Origin: Candidatus Omnitrophota bacterium
Lineage (GTDB): Bacteria > Omnitrophota > Gorgyraeia > Gygaellales > Profunditerraquicolaceae
Length of the DNA stretch: 64,000 nt
NCBI GenBank assembly: GCA_041653115.1
Contig: JBAZGA010000007.1
Span: forward strand, 1,646 to 65,645
Direction of reading: 5' to 3'
Below the pieces are notes generated by a model. That model worked only from the letters and a program-made list of their open reading frames with translations. It did no database searches and was not told the origin of the DNA. Shown piece by piece: positions 55,677 to 64,000 of the stretch. The translations under genes were made by a program, and so were the position numbers. Every line of letters starts with the position of its first letter. Position 1 is the stretch's first letter.

Positions 55677-56345
55677 ATGGAAAGGCATTTAGACGAGGAA
55701 TTAAAGGAATTACACAAAGAAATCCTGAAGATGGGGACTTTAGCGCAGGAGGCAATCTATAAGTCTGTTGAAGCGCTGAAAAACCGGGATAAAGCCGGGG
55801 CGCAGGAAGTAATTGATACAGATAACCGTATTGACGAACTGGAATTAGCCATTGATGAGCGATGCATTGATTTAATTGCCCGCTATCAGCCCATGGCAGG
55901 GGACCTGCGTTTTATTACCACAGGGATGAAGATTAATGCGGAATTGGAGCGGATTGCCGATTTAGCGGTGGATATTTGCCAGCGGATTTTAGGATTAATA
56001 GATAAGCCGCTCTTAAAACCGCTGATCGACATCCCTCGTTTATCCGACGTAGCCCAGGAGATGATACGCGACGCCATTGATTCTTTTGTCAAGAAAGACG
56101 CGGATTTGGCCGGCAAAGTGATTTTATCCGATCCCTTGGCAGATGAATTGCGTAACCGCGTTCAGGATGAGCTAATTAACGATTATATGGCAAAAGACGC
56201 CTCAACTTCAAGCCGCGCTGTGCCGCTATTATTGATCGCCCGGCATCTGGAGCGTATCTGCGACCACGCCACCAATATCGCCGAAGACGTAGTCTATCTG
56301 GTTAAAGCCAAGGTAGTAAAGCATCACCGCGAAGAACTCGCTTAG
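55677..56345 (+). CDS. phoU: phosphate signalling complex protein PhoU
   Basis: two PhoU repeats with ERIADLAVDI and ERICDHATNIAEDV. Confidence 0.85.
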   Translation: MERHLDEELKELHKEILKMGTLAQEAIYKSVEALKNRDKAGAQEVIDTDNRIDELELAIDERCIDLIARYQPMAGDLRFITTGMKINAELERIADLAVDICQRILGLIDKPLLKPLIDIPRLSDVAQEMIRDAIDSFVKKDADLAGKVILSDPLADELRNRVQDELINDYMAKDASTSSRAVPLLLIARHLERICDHATNIAEDVVYLVKAKVVKHHREELA

Positions 56346-56400
56346 GGAAGAGAGAGTTACCAAAAGAAGGCTTTTTTTACTTGTATTGATGTAGATTTAA

Positions 56401-56517
56401 ACACGCTGAGGTGTAAGCAGGTTAGGGCGTTCTAAAAAAGGAACGCCGTTTTTTATAAAATATTTTAGACGCAGGCGTCTTTTAGGCCCGTAGTCGGACT
56501 ATCAGGACGCCTTTTTT
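56401..56517 (+). promoter_or_regulatory. leader with hexaloop hairpin (ACAC-GCTGAG-GTGT) and two tandem terminator hairpins (GGCGTTC-N8-GAACGCC+T6; AGGCGTC...GGACGCCT+T6) upstream of PII-like/amtB/glnK
   Basis: stems and T-runs read directly; short hairpin GACG-CAGG-CGTC overlaps 5' arm of second terminator. Confidence 0.5.
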
Positions 56518-56537
56518 ATTATTTTGAGGTAAAGACG

Positions 56538-56858
56538 ATGAAAAAGATCGAATGTATCATCCGTTCTGAAAAATTGAAAGATATCAGCGAATCCTTAAGG
56601 AAGATCGGTATCGGAGGGATGACCATAAGCGATGTCCGCGGTTTCGGTACGCAAAACGACCGCGGAGGCGATTTGCTTTTTTTACATAAGACCAGGATAG
56701 ATATTTACGCTACCGAGCGTCAGGTAAAGAAAATCATTTCCGTCATTCTGATGCATTGTTCGGCAGGTAAAGTTGGCGACGGCAAAATCGCAATTTTACC
56801 TTTAGAGGATTGTATACGCGTGCGTACGGGCGAACGCGGGGAAAAAGCAATTGCTTGA
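56538..56858 (+). CDS. divergent PII-family signal protein (GlnB-like, lacks canonical T-loop Tyr51 context)
   Basis: MKKIECIIRSEKL...GMTISDVRGFG and C-terminal GDGKIAILPLEDCIRVRTGE PII signature; T-loop differs from neighbour glnK. Confidence 0.65.
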   Translation: MKKIECIIRSEKLKDISESLRKIGIGGMTISDVRGFGTQNDRGGDLLFLHKTRIDIYATERQVKKIISVILMHCSAGKVGDGKIAILPLEDCIRVRTGERGEKAIA

Positions 56859-56880
56859 AAAAGGCGAAGGTGCGATATAA

Positions 56881-57057
56881 ATGCTGGACAGGGAATTGAT
56901 TGATAAGCTCAAAACTTTTAAAGAGGAGAATGAGTATACCTTGTGCGATCTTTCCAGGAAGATTGATGTCCAGGTAACAACCCTGGAGCGCTGGCTTAAG
57001 ACCGGACGGATAAACAAACTATACGCCAGGATCGTGAGGGAGCGATTGGGGATTTAA
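56881..57057 (+). CDS. possible 58-aa helix-turn-helix protein between PII-like gene and amtB
   Basis: YTLCDLSRKIDVQVTTLERWLK HTH-like; below ORF-track cutoff; weak RBS. Confidence 0.25.
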   Translation: MLDRELIDKLKTFKEENEYTLCDLSRKIDVQVTTLERWLKTGRINKLYARIVRERLGI

Positions 57058-57184
57058 TCAAAGTAGGCATTGGTAGCGCTCTAGATATCGAGAAGTAATT
57101 TTTTTTAGATATGTTATAATCAATTGATTAAACAATTGTGAGGAGGCAAAGCATGGAAAGCAGGGGAAAGGAGGAGGTTGTAAT

Positions 57185-58513
57185 ATGGATATGAAGGTAA
57201 TCATCGATACGATATGGGTTCTGGTCACGGCGAAACTGGTCTTTTTTATGAACCTGGGTTTTGGCATGGTGGAATCGGGGTTCGCCCGGACCAAGAACTG
57301 CGTGAATATTTTATCCAAGAACTTTATCGTCTTTGCGGTTTCTTCGCTGGGGTTCCTGCTTTTGGGCTGGGGGCTGATGTTCGGCGATGGGAATCCTTTT
57401 GTCGGGCTAAAGGGACTCTGGTTTTTAAGCGGAGCAGACAATTCGCCGGCAAGCGGGGCTGCTTACCAGGGGGTTTATTCGGCAATTTCCTGGACAGACG
57501 TGCCTTTGTTTGCCAAATTCTTCTTTCAACTCGTCTTTTGCGGGACAGCGGCAACGATTGTTTCCGGCGCAGTGGCGGAAAGAATCAAATACAAATCCTT
57601 TATCTTGTTTTCCTTTATTATGACCATGATTATTTATCCGATAGTCGGACACTGGGTCTGGGGCGGCGGATGGCTGGCCTCCAAGGGGATGTTTGACTTT
57701 GCCGGCTCAACGGTAGTGCATTCTGTCGGCGGATGGGCGGCCCTGGCAGGCGTATTATTGTTAGGCCCGCGCTTCGGTAAGTATAGCAACGGCAGCATCA
57801 ATCCTATTCCCGGGCATAACTTATCTTTAGCCACTCTCGGGGCATTTGTTTTATGGTTCGGCTGGTTTGGATTTAATCCGGGCTCAACGATGATGGCCGA
57901 CCCGCAGGCGATCAGCCATGTTGCGGTTACCACCAATACTGCCGCAGCAGCGGCGATAATGAGCTCTACTATTCTTTCCTGGCTTATGCTCGGTAAACCG
58001 GATTTGGGGATGACCTTAAACGGCTGTCTCGCCGGCCTGGTGGCGATAACCGCGCCTTGCGCTTTTGTCAGCGTAGGCAGTTCCATAATTATCGGGTTAG
58101 TTGCCGGTATCCTGGTTGTATTATCGGTTATCGGCTTCGATAAGTTAAGGATAGACGATCCCGTAGGCGCATTATCGGTGCATTTGGTAAACGGCGTTTT
58201 CGGTACGCTCTGCGTAGGCTTGTTCGCTCAGGATAAGATTGTCGGCGTGGCCACCGGAAACGGTTTGTTTTACGGGGGCGGCAGCAAGTTGCTTTTTGCC
58301 CAGTTGACCGGGATAGCCGCCGTCGGTGCATACACCTTCATTGTTTCTTTCGTTACCTGGGCAATCCTTAAGGCAACTTTGGGTATTCGTGTCAGCCTGC
58401 AGGAAGAAATCGAAGGCCTGGATATCGGCGAACACGGTAATTCTGCTTACCCGGAATTCCTGATTCGTAAACCCAGTCATGCATTTTTAGGGATAAAGGA
58501 CGATAATCTTTAA
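57185..58513 (+). CDS. amtB: ammonium transporter
   Basis: 11 [21 protein letters not shown] signature. Confidence 0.85.
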   Translation: MDMKVIIDTIWVLVTAKLVFFMNLGFGMVESGFARTKNCVNILSKNFIVFAVSSLGFLLLGWGLMFGDGNPFVGLKGLWFLSGADNSPASGAAYQGVYSAISWTDVPLFAKFFFQLVFCGTAATIVSGAVAERIKYKSFILFSFIMTMIIYPIVGHWVWGGGWLASKGMFDFAGSTVVHSVGGWAALAGVLLLGPRFGKYSNGSINPIPGHNLSLATLGAFVLWFGWFGFNPGSTMMADPQAISHVAVTTNTAAAAAIMSSTILSWLMLGKPDLGMTLNGCLAGLVAITAPCAFVSVGSSIIIGLVAGILVVLSVIGFDKLRIDDPVGALSVHLVNGVFGTLCVGLFAQDKIVGVATGNGLFYGGGSKLLFAQLTGIAAVGAYTFIVSFVTWAILKATLGIRVSLQEEIEGLDIGEHGNSAYPEFLIRKPSHAFLGIKDDNL

Positions 58514-58529
58514 AAAAGGGGGGTATTAG

Positions 58530-58868
58530 ATGAAAAAGATTGAGGCGATAATCCGGCCGGAGAGACTGGCGGCGGTACAGAGCGCTTTAGGAGAAGCCGG
58601 GTGCACCGGCCTAATGGTTACCGAAATCGAGGGACACGGAAAACAAAAAGGGGTAGTCCAGCAGTGGCGCGGAGAAAAATATAAAGTAGAACTTGTGCCC
58701 AAAATAAAAGTAGAAACGGTGGTCAAGGACGGCGACCTGAAGCGGATTCTCAAGGCGATTATTGATAACGCCAGGACAGGCGAAATCGGAGACGGTAAAA
58801 TATTTATCTATGACATTGAGGACGCCCTTAGAATCAGAACCGGAGAGGAGGGCGAAGGGGTTATTTAA
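58530..58868 (+). CDS. glnK: nitrogen regulatory protein PII (GlnK/GlnB, canonical)
   Basis: MKKIEAIIRPERL..., T-loop GHGKQKG...YKVE (Tyr present), C-terminal GDGKIFIYDIEDALRIRTGEEG. Confidence 0.85.
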   Translation: MKKIEAIIRPERLAAVQSALGEAGCTGLMVTEIEGHGKQKGVVQQWRGEKYKVELVPKIKVETVVKDGDLKRILKAIIDNARTGEIGDGKIFIYDIEDALRIRTGEEGEGVI

Positions 58869-58933
58869 TTTATAACCGGGGTTACCAAAAAAGGCAATTT
58901 TTTACTTGTATAAGTGAGAGCTTAAAGTTTAGG

Positions 58934-59027
58934 CACATTGTAGTGTAAAATTAGGCAGAGCTAAGCACGAACACAGGCGTTCAGGACGGTCATTGCCAAA
59001 TGACCGGAATGAACGCCTTTTTATTTT
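58934..59027 (+). promoter_or_regulatory. glnA leader: hexaloop hairpins CAC-ATTGTA-GTG and GAAC-ACAGGC-GTTC, the second overlapping 5' arm of terminator AGGCGTTCA...TGAACGCCT+T-run
   Basis: ANTAR-type A1/G4 hexaloops; terminator stem 9 bp with internal hairpin GGTCAT-TGCCAA-ATGACC. Confidence 0.5.
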
Positions 59028-59053
59028 AGCTAACACAAGAAAGGAGAAAGATA

Positions 59054-60568
59054 ATGGCAAGAGGAAAGAAAGTTTCCCGCGGAGCAGCCGCAGTAAAAAC
59101 CAAGAATCCTTTACTGAACGGCACGTTTGACGAGCAGGCGGCAAGGGACGTGGCAAAGTTGATCAAAGAAAAGAACATTGAGATGGTCGACTTGAAGTTC
59201 AATGATTTGCCGGGTCTCTGGCAGCATTTTACCATCCCTGCTTCCGAACTGAAGGAAATGGATGACCTTACCCGCTCAATCTGGGTAGACGGTATCGGTT
59301 TTGACGGTTCGTCCATCAGAGGGTTCCAAAAGATTCAGGAATCGGATATGATTTTGATCCCCGATCCCTCCACGGCAATACTGGATCCTGCCTGTGAAGT
59401 GCCTACCCTGAGTATTATCTGTGATATTTACGATCCCCTGACCCGCAAACCCTATACCCGCGACCCGCGCTATATCGCCAAAAAGGCGGAGAAATATCTT
59501 AAGGATTCGGGTATCGCAGACAGCGTTTATTTTGGACCGGAAGCGGAGTTCTTTCTCTTTAACAGTATCCGCTTCGACCAGACCGAAAACTCCGGTTATT
59601 ATTTTATTGATTCCCTAGAAGCGGACTGGAACACCGGCCGTGAGGAAAACCCTAATTTAGGCTATAAGATTCGCTTCAAAGAAGGCTATTTCCCCGTGCC
59701 TCCGCATGATTCCCTGCAGGACTTAAGGAGCAGGATCATCATGAAGATGAAGGAAGCCGGTATTAATGTCGAAGTCCACCATCACGAAGTAGCTACTGCC
59801 GGTCAGTGCGAAATCGATATGAAGTTCGATAAGCTGACCAAGATGGGCGATAACCTGCTGCTTTACAAATATATTATCAAAAATATGGCGAGAAAAGCGG
59901 GGATGGTCGCCACTTTTATGCCTAAGCCGCTCTTTGCCGATAACGGCTCAGGCATGCATTGTCACCAGAGCTTATGGAAGAAGGGCGCAAATCTCTTTTA
60001 TGACAAGGACGGTTATGCCCTGTTATCGCAGACCGCCAAATACTATATCGGAGGGTTATTAAAGCACGCCAACAGCCTGATGGCATTTTGCGCTCCCACG
60101 ACAAATTCCTATAAAAGGCTGGTGCCTGGTTATGAGGCGCCGGTGAACCTGGTTTATTCGGCGCGCAACCGTTCGGCAGCGGTGAGAATCCCGATGTATT
60201 CGGACAATCCGAAGTCAAAGAGGATAGAATTCCGGCCGCCTGATCCCTCATGCAACGGCTACCTGGCTTTTAGCGCCATGCTCATGGCCGGCCTTGACGG
60301 CATCCAGCGTAAGATTGACCCGGGCAATCCTTTAGACGTCGACCTTTTTGAGTTAAGCGAAGAGGAGCTGAGCAAGATTGCCACGGTTCCTTCGTCTTTA
60401 CGCCGGGCAATTGATGCCTTAGAGCATGACCACGATTATCTATTGAAAGGCGGGGTATTTACCAAGGATGTGATTGATATCTGGCTGGAGTATAAACGGA
60501 AAAGAGAAATTGACCCGGTGAGAATGCGCCCGCATCCTTATGAGTTTTACCTCTATTTTGATATTTAG
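59054..60568 (+). CDS. glnA: glutamine synthetase (type I-like with about 30-aa N-terminal extension)
   Basis: GS beta-grasp and catalytic-domain motifs. Confidence 0.8.
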   Translation: MARGKKVSRGAAAVKTKNPLLNGTFDEQAARDVAKLIKEKNIEMVDLKFNDLPGLWQHFTIPASELKEMDDLTRSIWVDGIGFDGSSIRGFQKIQESDMILIPDPSTAILDPACEVPTLSIICDIYDPLTRKPYTRDPRYIAKKAEKYLKDSGIADSVYFGPEAEFFLFNSIRFDQTENSGYYFIDSLEADWNTGREENPNLGYKIRFKEGYFPVPPHDSLQDLRSRIIMKMKEAGINVEVHHHEVATAGQCEIDMKFDKLTKMGDNLLLYKYIIKNMARKAGMVATFMPKPLFADNGSGMHCHQSLWKKGANLFYDKDGYALLSQTAKYYIGGLLKHANSLMAFCAPTTNSYKRLVPGYEAPVNLVYSARNRSAAVRIPMYSDNPKSKRIEFRPPDPSCNGYLAFSAMLMAGLDGIQRKIDPGNPLDVDLFELSEEELSKIATVPSSLRRAIDALEHDHDYLLKGGVFTKDVIDIWLEYKRKREIDPVRMRPHPYEFYLYFDI

Positions 60569-60573
60569 TTTTT

Positions 60574-61296
60574 ATGCCCAAGGAAATCCTGGTTATCAAG
60601 CATATTGATATCGAAGGCCTAGGCAGCATTGCCGACTTCTTCGGCAATACTGCCTGGACCCTGAAGGTAAGCGATGCGAGTAAGGAAAGGCTGGATTCAA
60701 AAAACCTCGGTAAAGTAGCGGCAATAATTTCGCTGGGCGGCCCGATGAATGTCTATGAAGAAAATAAATATCCTTTTTTAAAAGAAGAAGACGCTCTTTT
60801 GAAAAAGGCGCTAAAGGCAGAAATCCCGGTTCTGGGGATTTGCCTGGGCGCCCAGCTTTTGGCTAAGGCTTGTGGCGCGAAAGTCAAGCGGGCCAAAAAA
60901 GAGGAAGTCGGCTGGTTTAAGGTGGATTTGACTGCCGCCGGAAAAAAAGATCCCTTGTTTGAAAACCTGCCTGCCGAATTGACGGTTTTTCAATGGCATG
61001 AGGATTCTTTTGAAATCCCCGGAGGCGGCAGGCATCTGGCAGAATCCGTCGGATGCCCGAACCAGGCTTTTAGGTTCGGCAGGAACGCCTACGGGCTGCA
61101 GTTTCATCTTGAAGTTACGCCGGAGATAATAGAGTCGTGGATGAATAGATACAAAAAAGAAGATTCCGCGGAATTCAGTTGCAAAGATTGCCTTATTGAA
61201 AGCTATAAGAGAAGGGACGCTTTGAAAAAAGATGCGGAGATAGTCTCGTTCAATTTCGCCAGGATTATCGCCGCGGGAAAAATAAAGGCAGGTTAG
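60574..61296 (+). CDS. class-I glutamine amidotransferase domain protein
   Basis: GICLGAQLL catalytic Cys motif, FQWHED... His region. Confidence 0.7.
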   Translation: MPKEILVIKHIDIEGLGSIADFFGNTAWTLKVSDASKERLDSKNLGKVAAIISLGGPMNVYEENKYPFLKEEDALLKKALKAEIPVLGICLGAQLLAKACGAKVKRAKKEEVGWFKVDLTAAGKKDPLFENLPAELTVFQWHEDSFEIPGGGRHLAESVGCPNQAFRFGRNAYGLQFHLEVTPEIIESWMNRYKKEDSAEFSCKDCLIESYKRRDALKKDAEIVSFNFARIIAAGKIKAG

Positions 61297-61334
61297 TTTT
61301 TTTATCGCCGCCTGCATAATTTTTAGGCAAAAGG

Positions 61335-61562
61335 ATGTTCAGCATATTCATTACCGAAGACGGGAAAATCAGCGAAGAAAAACAGGGGGTTTTGTATAAA
61401 TCCGTGATTGCCGCCATCGAGAAGCAATTGATTGAAGAAATGCTGCAGCGCACCGAAGGCAATCAGGTGAAGGCGGCGCGGATTTTAGGGATTAACCGCA
61501 ATACTATCCGGACAAAAATAAAAAAATTGGGCATAGATGTGGAGAAATGGAAGGTAAATTGA
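61335..61562 (+). CDS. stand-alone 75-aa Fis-family helix-turn-helix protein (NtrC C-terminal-domain-like)
   Basis: NQVKAARILGINRNTIRTKIKKLGI Fis-type HTH; stop overlaps gltB ATG. Confidence 0.55.
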   Translation: MFSIFITEDGKISEEKQGVLYKSVIAAIEKQLIEEMLQRTEGNQVKAARILGINRNTIRTKIKKLGIDVEKWKVN

Positions 61563-64000
61563 TGAAGAACGCGCCTCAAGGGCTATATCATCCGCAATTT
61601 GAGCATGATTCCTGCGGGGTGGGTTTTGTCTGCGATATTAAAGGCAGGAAGTCGAACCGGATTATCCGCCAGGGGCTGGAAGTCTTAAGGCGATTGGCTC
61701 ATCGCGGAGCAACCGGAGCAGACCCGAAAACCGGAGACGGGGCGGGGATTCTCATTCAGATACCGCACGATTTTTTTCTGTGCCGATGCCGGGAGATAAA
61801 AATAGATTTACCCGCGCCGGGCAAATACGGGACGGGGCTGGTATTTTTGCCGACCCAGGAAAAAGAACGCAGGTTCTGCAAGGCGGTATTTTCGCAGGCA
61901 GCCAAAGACGCAGGGCAAATAATTCTCGGGTGGCGCAGGGTTCCGGTAAACGATTCTTATATCGGCAGGACCGCAAAGGAAACCCAGCCGGTTATCGAGC
62001 AACTATTCATTGCCCGGAGCAAAAAGATAAAGAACCAGCTGGAATTTGAAAGAAAGCTTTATATCATCAGGAAGCAGGTCGAAAACATTATCCGCGCTTC
62101 TAACTTAAAAGAAAAATCGTTTTTCTATATTACTAATCTCTCCAGCCGCACGTTATCCTACAAAGGCCTTTTGATGCCGGAACAGCTGGAAAAGTTCTTT
62201 CCGGATTTGCAGGATGAGGCGATGAGAAGCGCAATTTGCCTGGTGCATTCCCGCTATTCGACTAATACTTTTCCGACCTGGGACCTGGCGCAGCCCTTCC
62301 GTTTCCTGGCGCACAACGGCGAGATTAATACCTTGAGGGGCAATATCAACTGGATGAAGGCCAGGGAAGGGCTCTTAAAGAGCGGGCTTTTCGGTAGAGA
62401 GCTAAAAAAGATATTTCCCGTCATCGTTCCGGGAGGAAGCGACTCGGCGAGCATAGATAATTGTTTTGAATTGCTGGTTTTGGCCGGGAGGCAGCCGCAG
62501 GAAGCGATGATGCTGCTTATTCCCGAGGCCTGGGAGAAAAATCCTTTCCTGGATGAAAAGCTGAAGGATTATTACCGTTATCATGCCTGCCTGATGGAGC
62601 CCTGGGATGGCCCGGCGGCGATTGCCTTTACCGACGGAGAAAGCGTAGGCGCCTGTTTGGACAGGAACGGATTAAGACCGGCAAGGTATCTTATTACTAA
62701 AGATGAAACCGTAATCATGGCTTCGGAAGTGGGAGTTTTGGATATCGCGGCGCAGGATATTCTGGTTTCCGGAAGGCTGGAGCCGGGAAAAATTTTCTTT
62801 ATTGATACAAAAGGCCGGCGTATTGTCGGCGATAAAGAGGTAAAAGAAACCATGGCCAAGCGCAGGCCTTACGGTCTTTGGTTAAAGAAGAACATGGTCA
62901 GCCTTGAAGATTTAAATTATGAAGCAAGAACTGGGAACCAAGAGCTAAAGCCGCCCGATATTCTTAGCCAATTGAAGGCCTTCGGCTACACGCGCGAAGA
63001 TTTAAAGTTTATCATCCGGCCGATGGTGGAAAGCAGCGCCGAACCGATTGGCTCGATGGGAGATGATACGGCGCATGCGGTATTAGCGGAGAAGCCGCAG
63101 CCGCTCTTTAAATACTTCCGGCAGTTATTTGCCCAGGTCACTAATCCGGCAATTGATCCCATCCGCGAAGAAATGGTAATGAGTTTAGAGAGTTTTGTCG
63201 GTCCGGAAAGGAACTTGTTGGAAGAGACACCGCAACACTGCCATAAATTAAAGATAAAATGCCCGATTCTTACCAACGAAGAACTGGAAAAGATACGCCG
63301 GATAAAACAGAATAGTTTTAAGAGTAAGACGATTTCGCTTTTATTCCCCGTCTCTTGGAGAAAGGGAGGGGAAAAAGATTTTTTGAAGAGTCTGGAAAAG
63401 ATCTGTCAGGAAGCAGAGTCGGCGATAAAACAGGGATATACCTTTATTATTTTAAGCGACCGCGGGGTGAGCGAAGAATCCGCCTCCCTTCCCTCGCTCT
63501 TGGCCACGGGCGCAGTGCACCATTATTTAGTGAAAAAGGCCCTGCGTAAACACATCGGGATAATTTTAGAGGCAGGCGATGCCAGGGAAGTGCATGATTT
63601 TGCCCTGCTTTTTGGTTATGGCGCTGACTGTATCAATCCGTACTTAGCTTTTGCGGCAGTCGGTTATCTGGCTGAAGAGGAAAAACTAAACCTTACGCAA
63701 GAAGCGGCGCTGCATAATTACATCAAGGCAGTTGAAAAAGGAATCCTAAAGATTCTTTCCAAGATGGGTATTTCTACATTAGGGAGCTACCGCGGCGCCC
63801 AGATTTTCGAGGCCTTAGGATTAAATGCGGAGGTTATCGGGCGCTGTTTTAGCGGGACGGTCTCAAGAATCGGCGGCGTGGGCTTGCAGGTAATCGCCCA
63901 AGAAACGCTCCTGCGCCATCGGGAGGCCTATGCCGAAAGGAAGATTGCCGCGCCTTATCTGGATACCGGCGGCGCGTATCAATGGAAAAAAGACGGTGAA
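61562..64000 (+). CDS. gltB: glutamate synthase large subunit (partial; N-terminal amidotransferase domain onward; runs off window end)
   Basis: MKNAPQGLYHPQFEHDSCGVGFVC Ntn-amidotransferase start, open frame to position 64000. Confidence 0.85.
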   Translation, partial: MKNAPQGLYHPQFEHDSCGVGFVCDIKGRKSNRIIRQGLEVLRRLAHRGATGADPKTGDGAGILIQIPHDFFLCRCREIKIDLPAPGKYGTGLVFLPTQEKERRFCKAVFSQAAKDAGQIILGWRRVPVNDSYIGRTAKETQPVIEQLFIARSKKIKNQLEFERKLYIIRKQVENIIRASNLKEKSFFYITNLSSRTLSYKGLLMPEQLEKFFPDLQDEAMRSAICLVHSRYSTNTFPTWDLAQPFRFLAHNGEINTLRGNINWMKAREGLLKSGLFGRELKKIFPVIVPGGSDSASIDNCFELLVLAGRQPQEAMMLLIPEAWEKNPFLDEKLKDYYRYHACLMEPWDGPAAIAFTDGESVGACLDRNGLRPARYLITKDETVIMASEVGVLDIAAQDILVSGRLEPGKIFFIDTKGRRIVGDKEVKETMAKRRPYGLWLKKNMVSLEDLNYEARTGNQELKPPDILSQLKAFGYTREDLKFIIRPMVESSAEPIGSMGDDTAHAVLAEKPQPLFKYFRQLFAQVTNPAIDPIREEMVMSLESFVGPERNLLEETPQHCHKLKIKCPILTNEELEKIRRIKQNSFKSKTISLLFPVSWRKGGEKDFLKSLEKICQEAESAIKQGYTFIILSDRGVSEESASLPSLLATGAVHHYLVKKALRKHIGIILEAGDAREVHDFALLFGYGADCINPYLAFAAVGYLAEEEKLNLTQEAALHNYIKAVEKGILKILSKMGISTLGSYRGAQIFEALGLNAEVIGRCFSGTVSRIGGVGLQVIAQETLLRHREAYAERKIAAPYLDTGGAYQWKKDGE

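Noticed and set aside
60811-61317. 168-aa minus-strand ORF antisense to the GATase gene
   Set aside because: The + strand gene has the GATase catalytic Cys and His motifs. The minus ORF has none.

Overview
The window is 64 kb of a bacterial chromosome, probably from an anaerobic, diderm, uncultivated-type lineage. Essentially every real gene is on the + strand, and the minus-strand ORFs in the track are shadows of + strand genes. No rRNA, tRNA, CRISPR or mobile element was found.

Gene content in order along the window:
1. A NikR-controlled nickel/cobalt uptake locus (porin, cbiM, cbiN-like, hypA, cbiQ, His-tailed cbiO, ZIP transporter), with hldD embedded in it.
2. Cofactor and sulfur genes: a ThiI-like PP-loop enzyme, a radical SAM enzyme, pncA and thi4.
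3. An Rrf2/SufCB Fe-S assembly unit.
4. An oxidative-stress redox cluster: a Tpx-PCD fusion, rubredoxin, glutaredoxin and an MbfA-like protein.
5. nadE.
6. An Rrf2-controlled sulfur cluster: cysK, nfu, a COG1900 homocysteine-biosynthesis protein, a NIL-ferredoxin, an orphan larE-like gene and iscS.
7. birA, mnmA, nadA, uppP and other housekeeping genes.
8. nfnAB-like genes followed by gdhA.
9. A GAF-ANTAR regulator.
10. A sigma factor followed by phoBR, a porin and pstSCAB-phoU. pstA carries an in-frame TAA.
11. A nitrogen module: a divergent PII, amtB, glnK, glnA, a GATase, a small Fis-like HTH protein and the start of gltB.

The most notable non-coding signal is a family of related terminator/antiterminator leaders (shared GGCGT/ACGCC terminator stems, hexaloop hairpins, and a conserved box) in front of the nitrogen genes, with a GAF-ANTAR regulator encoded in the same region. 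This points to an ANTAR antitermination regulon for nitrogen assimilation.

Other candidates for novelty:
- The COG1900/NIL-ferredoxin/LarE-like/IscS sulfur-insertion cluster.
- The nickel locus architecture and its perfect palindromic operator.
- Several unusual domain fusions: STAS-PilZ, Tpx-PCD, and AMP-ligase-ACP-PlsC.
- Unannotated small Cys-rich ORFs.
- A tandem array of about 23-bp repeats with a palindromic core upstream of mnmA.
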